A stretch of 64,000 bases of DNA from Podarcis vaucheri (taxonomy: Eukaryota), in assembly GCA_965113315.1 (NCBI GenBank), contig OZ220376.1, one strand, 5' to 3'. Numbering within the stretch: position 1 is the first letter of the stretch; each line of letters starts with the position of its first letter. The notes below the pieces were generated by a model, which made no database searches, had not been told where the DNA came from, and saw only the letters and a program-made list of their open reading frames with translations. Shown here piece by piece: positions 45,901-59,365 of the stretch. The position numbers were made by a program, and so were the translations under genes.

Positions 45901-48900
45901 GATGTAGTGTCCCTGTGGCACTTTGCAAGTGAAAGATCAACCCAGATCCATTCAATGGAGATTTGCTTGAGAGATGCTGTCAGGAAAATGAACTGCCCTC
46001 CTTGCATCCCATGACAGGCAGCACTGAGGCATGGGGGCAAGAGGGTTCTGACACTGCTCAGGCAGGACTGATGAATGCTGTTGGTCCAGGGAACCTAGGC
46101 AGGAGGGGAACAGGCCTCCAGGTGCGGACAGTAAACCCTCCCACTGTCTCTCTTGCAGGAAGACATATGTATGCACCTGACCAACTACGCCATCAACAAG
46201 CATAACGAGAACTTTGTGCGTGATGACAATACAGGCAGCAAGAGGTATTTTCCTTGCCAAGCCCCCTGCAGGAGCAGAGCTGGGCCTTCTGCTTGGGGGA
46301 AGCTGCCTTCTGCTAAAGTGACTGCTTAGATGGGCAGAGGCAGCTGGAAGCAATGCAAGCTAGAAGGACAGTGCAGGGTGGGGGGAAATGCACAGGTTCA
46401 GGTTTCCTCTTAGCCAGAAACTTATCCAAGGTCACTCAGGCCATCAGTATTATGGAGGAGGGGTAGAGGGGACACATTTCATATGGAGAAGATCTCATGT
46501 TCAATTTCTGGTAGCATCTCCAACTAAAAAACGTGGCTGAAGGCAGGAAGGGTCTTAGTGCTTGTTTGGAAATATGCCCTGCCGAAAGGGGACTGTTCTG
46601 GTTGTCCTGCTGAGCCCCTTTCTCTGTGGATGTGGGGATCAGGGTTTGGGGTTTGGCCATCCTCAGGAGCAGAGTCTGGCCTTGACATCCCTGCAGCCCA
46701 TTTTCATCCCCATAGGAAGTTGTCCACGCTGAACAGCTGGATGCGGGAGCACAGCTATGACACGGCCGAGCTGTGGCGGGACATTGAGGACATCATCATC
46801 AAGACCCTCATTGCTGCCCACCCAGTGCTGAAGCACAATTACCGCACCTGCTTCCCCAACCACATATCGGGCTGCGCTTGCTTCGAGATCCTGGGCTTCG
46901 ACATCCTCCTGGACAGGAAGCTCAAGCCTTGGCTCCTGGAGGTACGTGGAGTGGTGTTGTCCTTCTGAAGCAGAATTCCCAATGGGAGCATGCACTGCTT
47001 CTCTGCAGCAAGACCCTTTCATCTCTGCAATTCTATGATTTTGAACACTCTTTTGTTCTTGATCCCAACGAAGTCTGGGAAGAGTCTCAGCCTCTTCCTT
47101 GATAGTCCCTTTTCCCTGATCCAGCTAGTCTCCATCACTCAGTGGTAGATGGTAGATGCAAGCAGGTCCCAGGTTCAGTCCAAGTAGGGTTGAGAGAGAG
47201 ACTCCTGCCTGAAACTCTGGAGAGCTGCCACCAGTCAGTGTAGACAGTATTGAGTTAGATGGACCAAGGGTCTGACTCAGTATAAGGCGGCTTCCTCTGT
47301 TCCTATGTCTACTCTTTTGTATCTTGAAAGAAGCAGGAAAGGTGTCTACAAATACCTTGGAAGTCAGAGGTGAGGTGGGGTGGGTATCTTCAGACAATAG
47401 TAACACAAACAGGCACATGAGACTGAGTCAGGATGCTTCCAGGTCTGTTTTAAAATTGTCAATCCTGATTGGCTGCAAATGTCAAACTTCTCCCCACACC
47501 CTCCAGGGTATGCCAGCCTGTCGTTCATTCCCAGTCCAGCCACTTCAGGCCCTTGGGGAACATGTTCCATCTCCCTGAAGCACCCACTGTGATCCTGACT
47601 GCTCCAGTGTCTTACTACCCCCTACCTAACTAGCTGCAACTGTATACAAAAAACTGCAAACTATCTCTTGAAAAAAACTAAGCATCAGAATAGATGCCTC
47701 TGTCCTAGAAGGAGTGGAGGTCCTGAAGTCTCATGGGACAAACCAGATCCCAGAGTGGCCATCTTGTAAGGAAGCTGCATGTAAAACCCAGGCCCTTCCC
47801 CATTGCTCTTTCCCCTCCAGGTCAACCACTCCCCCAGCTTCACCACTGACTCCCGCCTGGACCGTGAAGTGAAGGATGCCCTGCTCTGCGATGCCATCAA
47901 CCTTATCAACCTACGTGCTTGTGACAAGAAGAAGGTGCTAGAAGAGGACAAGCGGCGGGTGAAGGAGCGCCTCCTCCAAGCCCACCAGCCGCCCCGAGAA
48001 GCCAGGTAACCCAGCCTTGCCCTGGCCATGCTGCCTCCTTCTCCCCCAGAAGCAGCTTTTCCTGGCTTTGCCTTCAGAGATGCCCAACACCCAGTTCCTG
48101 CAGCCTTGTCAGGTTGCACGTCGGCCTCCAACCACCACGAGGGAGGGGAGAAAATGGAGCAAGGAGCCAATCAGATGGGTTTGCCATTATTTCTATGGTC
48201 CTGTAATGGGCCATTTGGCAGTGCAGGAATCCTGGATCCTGGCATGTGGGTCATTGGTTGCCTTGGCCGAAGCTGTGCAACACCCCATGCAGACAAGGTG
48301 GGGGAGCAGGGGGAAGAGAGGGAAGAAAGTGGCTTGGGTACCAGTGACAGGGGAGGCCAAGGGGGGAAACAGAGGACAGCAGTGCCCATTAGTCTCTCCC
48401 TCCCTGGCAGAACCTAGGATTTCTCTGCTGCCGGGGCCCCAGCCTGAACTCTCTCAATCTGCAGGCGGGAGCAGTTGGAGAGCAGTCAGGCCGCCTGGTT
48501 GGCCCAGGCCGAGAAGTACGAGAGCAGCCACCTGGGTGGCTACCGAAAGATCTTCCCATCACGGGGCACAGAGAAGTACAACCCCTTCTTCAAGCACAGT
48601 GGATCCCTCTTCCAAGAGACTGTGGCCTCCAAGGCCAGGGAAGAGTGTGCCAGGTAGGGCAAGGGGAAGCCATTCCTCACAGGGCAGGCTGAGCCAAGCC
48701 TAGTCCTTGCATGTACACACACATGGACATGCAAAAGGATGACACACCCACACACAATGTCTTGTGTCTTCTGTCAGGCAACAGCTGGAGGAGATTCGCC
48801 AGAAGCAGGAGCAGAGGGAGAGTACAGCTGCGAAGAAGAAGAGGGATGTGAAGGAGAACTTGCAGGGGGAGTCAGCAGGGGAGAAGGGAAAGGGCAAGCC

Positions 48901-51257
48901 AGCCCTAACTCGCATAGCCTACAGCCACAGCAAGACCTGGAACCCAAAGGTACCTCATGGGGGAGTGAGGAGCAGCTCTTGAGTCCCTCCCTCTTCTAAC
49001 ACCAGGGAGGAAGAAGGACTTTCAAGGCCAGCTGCTGCACCTAGAGATGGAACTATTCTACTTTAGGAGCCTGGTGAATGTTTCTTGTTTTTTAACTTGC
49101 ATGGTTTAAATCTTCTGCCTGCCCCAGGGAAAAGTGAGAGATCCCATAGTCCCACCCCAGCCTCCCTGCTCCTTTCCATAGCTATTGCCCTCATATATTC
49201 AGCCATAAATGCAAGCAGCCTCTTTTTGCTGGAACTGAGTTTGCAGTTCTGAGGGAGCCAGTCGCTTTCCACATGCAGTGCAATTGCAGAAGGGTCATTT
49301 TTTTGCCTTTGGGCAACCTGGAGCTTGAAAGAGCCTGAGTCCCGCCAGACCTGGCAATAAGGGCGGGCCTTGTGCTTTGTCTGGCATGGCTGCAGAGGAG
49401 CTGGCCAGAGGGCTCTGTGGGATACAAGCTGCAGGGCAAAACAAGATCTGGGGGCTAAAGCTGGAACACAGCGTCCTCAATCTTGGCCTTACCGAATTAG
49501 ATCTGGTTTTGCTTATGTGGAGGAGGAGGTGTGTTGTTTTGTTTTCTGTAAGCTGCTTAGTGAGCTATTGAGGATCTAAATATCTAAAATGAGCCCAGCT
49601 CCTCTTCTCAAGTCTGACCCAGGCTGCCTTTTTCCCTAGATATCCTCCATACCATATGACAGCATGACCCCCCAGGCCATTGTGGAGGAAGAGGAAGTGG
49701 AGAGGGTCAAAGCCCTCCTACGGAGGGAGAACCTCATCCGAGGGCTGGGCATCGTCGACCAGCTGACACGCCTGCTCCGCAACACGGAACCCAAGCCTGT
49801 GGAGGTCCAGAGGCCACACATTAACATCTCAGAAAGCCAGGTATGCAGGTGCTGTTTCCAGACCCCAAAACACACACTGGGTGGAAAGTCTTGGAGGAGA
49901 TCTCTCTCCAGCAAAGGAGGAGGGTTGGAACAAACATTGTTCCCTGGCTTTGGAGGGAGCTGGGTTCCTGCTCCTGCATTGCAATCAGCCTGCCTTGCTC
50001 TCCGGCTTTGTTCTCTGCCTGCAAAGCAGAAATCCTTCTGACTAGTCTGAAAGGGCCAACTGTTGTGCCTTACCAAGGCTACGAAAATGTTTAATGGCTG
50101 GTTTGGGGAAACATGACCAATAGGGAGTGGATGTCTGCCATTCCCTTTGGATGTGCTATGTGGGTCTTTGTAAAGAAGCGGTCAGTGTGGGAGGGGACAC
50201 CTCAAAATCTGACAGCAGCCACAGGTGACTCCTGTAGGGTCCCCCTTTCCAAGCCTCACCCTGCTGCTTTTTTCTTCCAGCCTCACTTTCTCCAGGACAT
50301 GTTTAATAACCGAGAACCACAGAATCTGATGACCCTCGTCCCCCTCTCCCTCCTAGGGGGCTCAGTCCAGGAGCTGGGCCAACAGATCATGCAGCAGCAG
50401 CCCACAGCCCGTGTCCAACTACTGGGAAACCAAGGCTTCATCCCAACCATTTTGGGTGCCCTGTCGGGCTTGGGCTCATCTTCCCATGAGTCCTATTCCA
50501 CACACTTCAAGCCGCAGCTCCACATCCAGCCCCCCAAGAACATGAGCTGGTTGGGTGCGGCCATGGTGGGCGAGCCGGGTTCTCTGGCCCGGATGCTGAA
50601 GGCAGGAGGGCGCCGGTTTGGCAGCGCCAAGAACAAGCTGGAAGTTGGTGAGTATTGTGGGTGAGAGCCTTGTGGTCCTCTGGTGCTGCCCCAGTTGCTC
50701 CACGACCACTGCCAGCAGCAGCAGGAGGGTTGAGACACCAGGAAATGTAACCTTTCCCTGTCTGCGTGCTCAGGAACCCCAAGACTCGGGAACAGGGGCA
50801 ACATGAGGGCCACAGCCTGCAGTGGAGACAGGGCAAGCAAGTATCTTGGCAGGTGTGTCCAGCAGTGGTTCCAAGGGGCAGCCAGACCACTGAGGAGCAG
50901 GGAGCACAGGCGGTCTTCTTCAGCACCACCACCTCCTCCTCCCTCCCCCAGCATGTTGCTTGCCCTACAGGCATGGAGCCCAGCCACCCATGCCTCTCTC
51001 CTCCTCCTCTTTCAGGCAGCCCTGCAAGCAAGCGGCCCCTGTACATGAGCTCCGGTTCCCTGAACTGCCTGTCACACGGTGGCAAAGCTACCAGCCACAT
51101 GTACAGCAGCTTTCCCTTCCCCTCTGCGGCAGCTCCGCTAAACCGCACTGACCTGCATGGACTGGCCATCAATTCTGCATCTGCTCCACTCATCCGGCGC
51201 ACCAGCCCACACCGCTCCAGCAACATGGCCACTCTGCATCTCAACCAGCCCAGGTAG
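42979..51257 (+). CDS. TTLL13: Tubulin polyglutamylase TTLL13 (TTLL6/7/13 group), ~863 aa
   Basis: Coding exons 42979-43265, 43550-43590, 43953-44071, 44969-45099, 45316-45472, 45653-45796, 46159-46244, 46716-46941, 47821-48005, 48465-48653, 48778-48949, 49640-49840, 50281-50647, 50971-51257. GT-AG and phase-consistent (2592 nt). TTL motifs [67 protein letters not shown] at 51791. The start codon and last exon are less certain. Confidence 0.93.
47125..47310 (+). mobile_element. tRNA-derived SINE (same family as 24958-25162)
   Basis: ctcagtggtaga...caggttcagtcc...cctgaaactctggagagctgcc...tataaggcggcttcctctgttcctatgt. Confidence 0.75.
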
Positions 51258-51949
51258 CCTCCTCATCCTAGGTCCGCTCAGGCAGCAGCAGGATGGACCC
51301 TGCTAAGAAGGTCCTCCAGCCAAACTTCCTCATGATCTCCTTGTCTTTCTCCTCCCCCAGGAAAGGCACTTGACTTGACCTCTTGGCGGAACAGCAATCC
51401 AGGAGCCAGAAGAGCTGGGGGACTTTGCTGCTGCGGCCTGTGCCAAGAGGGGCAGTAGAGGAAGTGAAGCCCCTGCCCTGTGGAGGCAGTGGCAGCAGCA
51501 GCAGTGGCCTGGTGCCATGGCCCTGGGCACAACACACCCACCCCAGCCAGGCAGTTGTCCAGGAGCCCCTTGCCAACCTACTCCTCCATGCCAAATTCAT
51601 TTCCCCCTTTCCCCACTCTAAAGCAGCAGCAACAAATTCTAATAACAGTATTAGACATCTTTGGCCGTGCCCCCACTTCCTCCATGCCAACTCCCCTGTC
51701 GCCAATGCCAGTCAGCCTGCCAAAGGCCAGGTCCCAATCCTGAAGAGCACTATGGGCTGGGAATGGAGTTTCTTTTGTAACCGACTTTGTATTAAAGTTT
51801 TATACGGTTATACAATCTGGGGTCTCTCTCTCTCCTTTGACTCTCAAAGCACAGCATCTTGTTCTCCCAGCAGCTACCGTCTTTGCTGGGAGCAGGAACA
51901 GGAACTTCCTTACCCCCAAAAAAGTTTTTATCCCTCTCTCATAGCACTA

Positions 51950-52290
51950 GAGCTTGCAGACACCCAATGAAGCTGAATGTTGGAAGATAAAAGGATGTCC
52001 AGCACACAGTGCAGAGTTAAAACTATGGCACTCCCTCCCGCAGGAAGCACTGATGGCCACTGAATTTGATGGCTTTAAAAGAGGATTAAACAAATTCATG
52101 GAGGAGAGGACTATCAATGGCTACTAGCCACAGTGCCTATGCTCTGCAGCCATAGTTGGAGGCAGCAATGCTTCTGAATACCAACTGCTGAAACCACAGG
52201 AGGGGAGAGGGCTCTTGAGCTCAGATCCAGCTTGCAGGTTTACCATGAAGGCATCTGTTTGGCCACTGTGGGAACAGGATGGTGGGTAGA
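51950..52290 (+). mobile_element. CR1 LINE 3' fragment
   Basis: ccaatgaagctgaatgttggaaga...ggctttaaaagaggattaaacaaattcatggaggag...ggccactgtgggaacaggatg. Confidence 0.75.
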
Positions 52291-52935
52291 TCCAGCAAGC
52301 TCTTCAAAGAAGCAGAGGAATACAAAGAATTCATTGTTCTTTGCCCTTCATCATACTTGAATTTCAGTGAAAGGGATGCAAAGGGGGCCATGGGTGTAGG
52401 CAGGGGAGCAGCTGCCCCCTAAATCAAGTAAATAAATAAAAATACTTAACTGACCAATCGTATCGCAGATAGCTCGGTTCTGCCCCCCCCCCATAAATCC
52501 TGGCTGTGCTCATGGATGGGGGCTCTACTATTTACTTCTAGGCAAACTGTGGCAGACCCTACCCCACCCAAGGCTAGCCTCCTGGGTGGGATGGAAAGCA
52601 TAAGCCTCCAGGCCCACAGGGTTTACAGGGGGGAAACGGGATGGACCTTATTTTAGGGGTAGAGTATCCAGTTTGCATGCAGCAAGTCCTAGGTATATTC
52701 AGTGAAAGACTCTCCTGAAGAGCCGCTGCCAGTCTGTGTAGACAACACTGAACTACAGGAATTCTGCATCAGACCATTACCTCCGAGGCGCGCTTTTCCT
52801 ACTGAAACTCAGATGGGCTAAGCTCGGCCTCCGTGGCGCCCGTTCCGGATTGCGCCCGCCTTCCGGAAGAGCCCGGCCCGCCCCCACGTGCTCCTAGGCG
52901 GCGCGGCCTCGCCAGTCTCTTTCCTCTGAGCTACT

Positions 52936-53945
52936 ATGGCCGGGTCTGGACGCTTGGTGGGTCTGAGGCGGGTGGCTGCTCGGCTGGCGGCGAGAGAGGC
53001 AGAAGGCAAACTGCCCGAGGAGCAGCCGGAGGTGGAGCAGGAGGTGGAGAGGTAGGGCCCGATCCCTCGACAGCTTCCCTCCCTGGCCCAGGAGCTCGCC
53101 TGCCCGAGACGCTCATCTCTCTCTCTCTCCCCGCCGACAGGTTGCTGAAGCGTCAGGAGAAAGCGATCCGCCTGCGAAAAATGCAGAGGCTGATGGAACC
53201 GCGCGGGCCCCCTGAGCGCACCTTGACCCGCCAGGCCATGGAGCAGATCCGGTAAGAGCGGAGGCCAGGGAGGTCGACCGCAGGGAAGGTGGCGGCGGCG
53301 GAGGAGGAGGAAGGGGAGCCCCGACGGCAGCTCGCGACGAGCCGCGTCTCTCTCTCTCTCTCCGCCCCAAGCGGGGCGCGGGCGACGCTTCTCCAACGCG
53401 CCCCTGCAACTTCTCTTTCTCCTTTTTGCGCCAGGTACCTGAGCCAGGAGCTGCCGGAGGAGTGGCCCGTCTCCCGCCTGGCGCGGAGCTTCCAGGTGGA
53501 ACCCGGGGTCGTCCTTCGAGTCCTCCGGAGCCGCTTCTCCCCTTCACCGGAGCGGAAAGCTAAGCAAGACGCCAAGGCCGCCGCCGCTGTGGCCTCGACC
53601 CCCGAAAGCAGCGCCCGCCCCAGGATCGTCGTGGCCACCGAGGCCTCCGGCCGTCTACTTCCCGCCCCTGGCGCTGCGGCGGCGCTCTCCCGGCCAGTCG
53701 CCCCCAGGGCGGCACGTGCGGGCCCCTCTGCGCCGGAGAAGCAGCAACAAAAGCAGCAGCAGGAGGAGGAAGAAGACGAGGAGGAGGAAGGTCGGGGTTG
53801 GCGGGGGCCGAGCCCGGCGGAGCTGGAAGCGATGGTGGCTGAGGGCACCTGGGAGTCCCAGCTGAAAGTCGTGCAGAAGGGCCGAGAGTTCTTCGACAGC
53901 GATGGGAACTTCCTCTACAGGCTTCCCCAAACCCAGCAGGCCTGA
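52936..53945 (+). CDS. NGRN: Neugrin (mitochondrial, neurite outgrowth-associated), 245 aa
   Basis: Exons 52936-53051, 53141-53251, 53435-53945 (738 nt). Peptides LKRQEKAIR, PPERTLTRQAMEQIRYL, WPVSRLARSFQV..V.RVLRSRFSP, KVVQKGREFFDSDGNFLYR. Lies in a CpG island with ETS ccggaag ~52863. Confidence 0.93.
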
Positions 53946-56002
53946 GCATCTGGCAGTGCTGGAAGGCACTGGCCTCTTTTTGCATGTCAAGGGCAATACC
54001 TTGTCTGGATTGTCCCTGTAGCTAAAATGGCCACATCCAGCTCCTAAAAGGGGGTGGGGTCCTGTTGTGGTGGAAAGTGTTGTGGTGCCCCTCCTCACTA
54101 GAGTCAAAAGCTGGCCCTTCAGGGGACTCCCTGCTCAGATTCTGCTCCCAGGCAACTAGGAGAACTCTGCTGCCTGCAGTACAAGGGACCACCCTTGCCT
54201 AGGCTTTTTCTGTCTGCTCAGAGCAGAATCATCAAGCATTGAGAGGTGAACACCAGGCTTATATAAAGGGTCCTGCTGAGTTTTGCCTTTACAAAGTGCT
54301 GTGATGCAGGTGGTTAGAATTTCCCTTGGACACATGCAGATGAGAGACTCAGAAAGAGCCATGTGGCCCTGCAGGGACTCAGCAGTAGTGACTGCAGCAA
54401 CAGCAGCAAGGTCTCCCAGGCCTATGAAAGCAAGTGCATGATGATAAGCCTCCATGCCTTTCTGAAAGCATTTTGGAAGGGATTAATAGCTTGGGATTCT
54501 TAAAGTTCCTCAGATGCCTGTTACCCCTTCTTGAGAGGAAGCCCCAGCCACCTACTATGAAAAGCAGGTTGGAGAAGCTCACTTACTCTTTTTAGTGTAG
54601 AAGTTGGTAGGTTGTTGTTTGGTTTTTTTGCAGGCGCCAGAGAAGTAATTCTTAGCAAACTGCCCAGCTAACCTGGGCACTCAGCCCCTCCTAACCTGCT
54701 GCCCTCCTGGTGTTCAGGACTATAATTCCCATTGGCCCCAGCCAGCACAGCTGATAGGAGCTAGTCCAAAATATCTGGAGGGTACCAGGCTGGGCTAGCG
54801 AGGCCCTGCTTGAATGTCTGTCTCGTGGCTGGTGTGTGAAAGGGTAGCCCATCGGCTCAGGGCTTGGAAGTGCCTTGCCTGCCCTCTCCCTCCAATTACT
54901 TGGAGCTGGGTGAAAGCTGTGCTCTTGCATTGAGGCCTCATTTGGGTGCCAGAACGCTCCTGCCCTGCTCCTTGGTGACAGTTTGGCCCTTCAGATCATG
55001 AAAATAGTTACCTGGGCAGGATTGGTGGCAGGACACAGCACAAGCAATTAAAAGGATTTTTATGGATAAAATTCTTCTCAGCCTAATAATAGGAGTGATC
55101 CATATTCTGTGCTCCTACCCATGTCTGTCATGTCAAACAAGCCCAAACCAGTTCATCCTGAGCATGAGGGAATTCCTGTGTGAGGAGCATGAAGTGCCTG
55201 CTGTCAGAGGGAAATGACTTTGTGATCCTCCTATCAGTGATTTGGGATGATCAATAAAAGTGCAAGATCTGTAGGGTAAGAGGAGTGAAGAAGATGTGAG
55301 TGTGCTCTACCCTTCAAAACCTCAATTTTCTGTGTGTGTTTTTTACAGAATGTAAAAGATTGTGCTACAGGCAGAGGGGTCTCCCGTTTGCTGGCTTGGT
55401 GGGATACTTTTACGAGTTTCTAAAGTTGAGGTTTCAGAGTTCCCATTCTAATCAATAGGAGGTGAAGCCAAGCTGGGGGGGGGGTGCTCCACTGCATGTG
55501 TCTGGTGAATGGGAAGCACATGATGGTCTTTGCTTCCCTCTGTCCTCAGAGCAGAGAAGAAGATGAGTGAGGCTGAAAAACCCAGGAAAAGAAAGTAAGC
55601 TATACTGGGCAAGGCTCACCTTTGTGGAATTGGCATTGCTCTTAGGAAGACTTCATGGGACTGGAAAAAATGGGATACCAATATGCTACATAAAAAGTCT
55701 TTACTACTTCTGTGGCATGGAAGTGGAATCAGGAAAATAAATTTACACTTTCCAAGTTCATGAGTGAATTATAAGCAATAAAGATATGAGACAGTCTCAG
55801 CTCAAAAGTTTTTTTCTGTTATCCAAGCATTTCTTACAGCTTTTTCTACCCTCAAATCCTTATTTAAGTAATAAAATACTTAAATATTTCAAGTTAATGC
55901 TTCTGTTTTATTCTACAAATGTGCAGTTAACTGCATTCTTATATAAAGCAGCAAGGAGGGTTTCCCCCCCCCTTTAATTGGGTGGGGGTTGAGGCTTTAT
56001 TG

Positions 56003-56570
56003 TAAGGAACGTGCGTGGCACTGTGGTCTAAACCAGAGTCTAGGGGTAAGCTCCCGTTGCTTGGTCCCTGTTCCTGCCAACCTAGCAGTTCGAAAGCACA
56101 TCAAAGTGCAAGTAGATAAATAGGTACTGTTTCGGCAGGAAGAAGAAGAAGAAGAGTTTGGATTTGATATCCCGCCTTTCACTCCCCTTCAGGAGTCTCA
56201 AAGCGGCTAACAATCTCCTTTCCCTTCCTCCCCCACAACAAACACTCTGTGAGGTGAGTGGGGCTGAGAGACTTCAAAGAAGTGTGACTGGCCCAAGGTC
56301 ACCCAGCAGCTGCATGTGGAGGAGCGGAGACGCGAACCCGGTTACCCAGATTACGTGACTACCGCTCTTAACCACTACACCAGGAAGGTAAACAGTGTTT
56401 CCGTGCGCTGCTCTGGTTCACTACAAGCGGCTTAGTGTGCTGGCCACATGACCTGGAAGCTGTCTGCGGACAAACACCGGCTCCTCAGCCAGTAAAGCGA
56501 GGTGAGCGCCGCAACCCCAGAGTCGTCTGCGACTGGACTTAACAGTCAGGGGTCCCTTTACCTTTACCTC
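56003..56570 (+). mobile_element. Sauria SINE (Squam1) interrupted by a second SINE
   Basis: Body gccaacctagcagttcgaaagcac...gtagataaataggtac...ggaaggtaaac...gcgccgcaaccccagagtc with an (accttt)n tail. TSD tgaggctttattg at 55990-56002 and 56571-56583. Confidence 0.88.
56143..56380 (-). mobile_element. Squam3/MIR-like CORE SINE with (CTT)n tail, nested in the Sauria SINE
   Basis: Reverse-strand tRNA head (ggtgtagtggttaagagcgg), CORE-like ccccacaacaaacactctgtgaggtgagtggggctgagaga, tail seen as (gaa)n. TSD caggaag 56136-56142 / 56381-56387. Confidence 0.85.
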
Positions 56571-57828
56571 TGAGGCTTTATTGCAGTCGGTCTGTGAAAG
56601 GGCTCTGCCCTTTTATTCATTTCAGTGAACTTGTGTTGCAGAACCTCCAGGTACCCTCATTGCTTTCAAGATGGGAAGGGCTACCACCTGGTAGCAGAAC
56701 AGCAGCGGTTGCTTTGCATGCAGTCTCCTGTATCTCTAAAGGGGAAATACATTTTGCCAGAGATCTGGAAAAGTGGGCTGCCTGTTGGAGATGCTACCTG
56801 CTAGATGAACCTAGTTCAGTAGCACCTTAGAGACCAACTAAGTTAGTTATTGGTATGAGCTTTAAGGTGCATGGATTTTTTAAATTTTGTTTCAACTAGT
56901 CTTGTCAGTATCAGTCAGCCTTATGTCCATCTGTTGAATAGCATGACCCAAACATACTACCAGGGCTAGAGTTGCATACATTGCCCTGTTTCTGTGATGC
57001 CTTCGTTCGTTTTACACTTTGTAGAGAACAAAAGAACAGTGTAGCTGCAGGCTGAGTCAATAAAAGACCCATTACTGTAGGTAGCCAAGACAGAGGTTTG
57101 GGGAAGACTGGCCTTTTGCAGGGCATTCAAAACACCCTCAGCTGAAAGGGAATGTGGAGCAGCGGTTATGGTCCACCACAGCATTTTAAAGCCACATTTA
57201 ACAACTCTGAGGCTCCAAATATACATGATGGTGATTGTGTTTTTTAATGGAAATTCTGGTTTAATGTAGGTTGTGTACTTGATAGCAACACGGAGAGTAG
57301 GATGATTTATCCTCAATGCTACCCTCCTCAGCTCATTTCCCAGGTGCATAGAGAAACAGAGCTGCTTAAAGATAGGGGAGCAGTTGGGGATGATCTTAAT
57401 TGCGAAAACGGCCGCGTGATGCTGCAGTCAAGTTTGCACAAACCCCCTTCAATCTGCACGCCCCTTTTCAAACAACTAAGCTTGGATTTCCCTGCCTAGG
57501 TCGAAGTACGTATTGGATTTAATAGTCCTTTCCTGGCTGCTACCATTTGGTTGAGAGCGGTGGGGGAGATCAATTGTCCAGCTGATGCCACAGTTTCCTC
57601 TGCGTCTCATTTCCACCCCTGCGGAGGCGACGGCGGTAAAAGAACCCGGAAGGGGCCTTTCCATCCCGTTGGCAGCCCTTTCCCTTCCCAGCCAAACCAG
57701 GCCACCGCCCTCCCTCCATCGCCTTTGCAAAAGGGCTACCGGAGTGCCTGCCCGCCCCGCGTGCTCTTGGGCATTAGGCCGCCTGCGCTTTGCATCTGGG
57801 GAGAGCAACCGTTTCCCCGGCGGTGGCC

Positions 57829-59365
57829 ATGAGTGCCCCGGACGCGGTGCGTCTGCTGGACGCCGCGGACTTCGCGGCCCGGAAGCACGCGGCGCAGCGC
57901 CGCAAAGACCCGGAAGGCACGCCGTACATCAACCACCCCATCGGTGAGCAGTCTCCTGAGCATGTGCAGTGTGCGCTTTCTTCCGCAATGCAGTGAGGAC
58001 GGGGCTACACTTCCAGTTCGTCATCTGTCGTGGATGCATTAGTTAAGATTCCTGCATTGCAGGGGGTTGGACTAGATGGCCCTCGGGATCCCTTCCATTT
58101 CTACAATTCTCTTATTTCTTTTAGAAGCTAAGTACTACCCCTCTGTCTAACCCCCCCCCCACACAGGTGTAGCCCAGATACTGGCACAGGAAGCTGGAAT
58201 AACGGAAATTGCAATACTACAGGTAAGGGCACTCCCTCTCCTTCCCTGATATTTTCCCTGTCCTAGTTTAAAGCTTCCAGGCACAGCGTGGCAAGGCTTA
58301 GCCTGGAAAACTCATAATAAGTGTGCCATTAAGCATGTGTGAATGGCCTTGCATTCCTGCAGAGAAGTACTTCAAAGAAGAGGGCAGGGTGTTGGGGATC
58401 AAAGTCTTTTAGAAACTGAGCATCAAGAACCTCCTATTTCCAGGCTGCTCTCCTCCATGACACTGTTGAAGACACAGACACCACCTTCTCAGAGATCGAG
58501 GAGCACTTCGGGGAGGAAGTGAGGCGAATTGTGGAGGAAGTGACGGATGACAAGACTTTGGTCAAGAAGGAGCGCAAGCGGCTGCAGATTGAACAAGCTG
58601 CTCAGAGCAGCCGAGAGGCCAAGCTGGTGAAACTGGCAGACAAGCTGTACAACCTGCGAGATCTCAACCGCTGCACACCCCGAGGTCCGTCTCTGGCCAG
58701 CCACCTTGGGTAGCCCTTCTGAAAGGAGGGGGAGTAGCTGGCATGGGATGGCAGGATCCTTGCTGTCCTTTTCTGTGTTACAGAACAGGAGCTCAATAAC
58801 TAATTTATTAAGACTTCTGTTCTGTATCTATAATCTGGTGGGGGCAGGATCTAGTACAGCATTTAAAAATATTCAGCTTGGACAAAACATAATACAAAAC
58901 CTTCCTATGCTGTACACAGTTCCGGCCACACACAAAAATGAGTTCAAATATCAAAGTCATGTAGCTTTTCCCAAATTAGTCTCTGGTGAGCACTGCTGTC
59001 AACTGAAGAGTCAAGCACCTATGAGAACAGGTTTAGCTAGTAGACATCAATGCTGTTGTGGAACAGGTCAGGGAGATCACACAGTCTCCACCCCACTTCT
59101 TGAGCGGCTCTGATCCCCTGCTTAAAGTAGCAAAGCAAGTCCAGCTGTCACAGTGTGTGGCAAAGCAGTAGTCAGGCTTGTGTATGGATGCAAGTGTGAA
59201 TTTCTGACTTGTGGGTTTGTCTCTCTTTGGCCAGGCTGGTCCGAGAACCGAGTCCAGGAGTACTTCCACTGGGCTTCGAAGGTAGTGACGGGCTTGCGCG
59301 GGACAAACCCGGTGTTGGAGGAAAAATTGTGGCTGCTGTTTAAAGCCAGAGGGCTACCTGAGTGA
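57829..59365 (+). CDS. HDDC3: HD-domain ppGpp hydrolase / NADPH phosphatase MESH1, 180 aa
   Basis: Exons 57829-57943, 58167-58222, 58444-58684, 59235-59365 (543 nt). Motifs [66 protein letters not shown] at 59685 and 59973. Confidence 0.96.

Noticed and set aside
50695-50806. Extra TTLL13 exon (ASSSRRVE resembles human ASRRLE)
   Set aside because: It would need a 47-nt intron and the wrong phase, and ends in a stop; the acceptor at 50970 fits the phase instead.
52818-54107. Several long minus-strand ORFs over NGRN
   Set aside because: GC-rich antisense frames of the NGRN CpG island.
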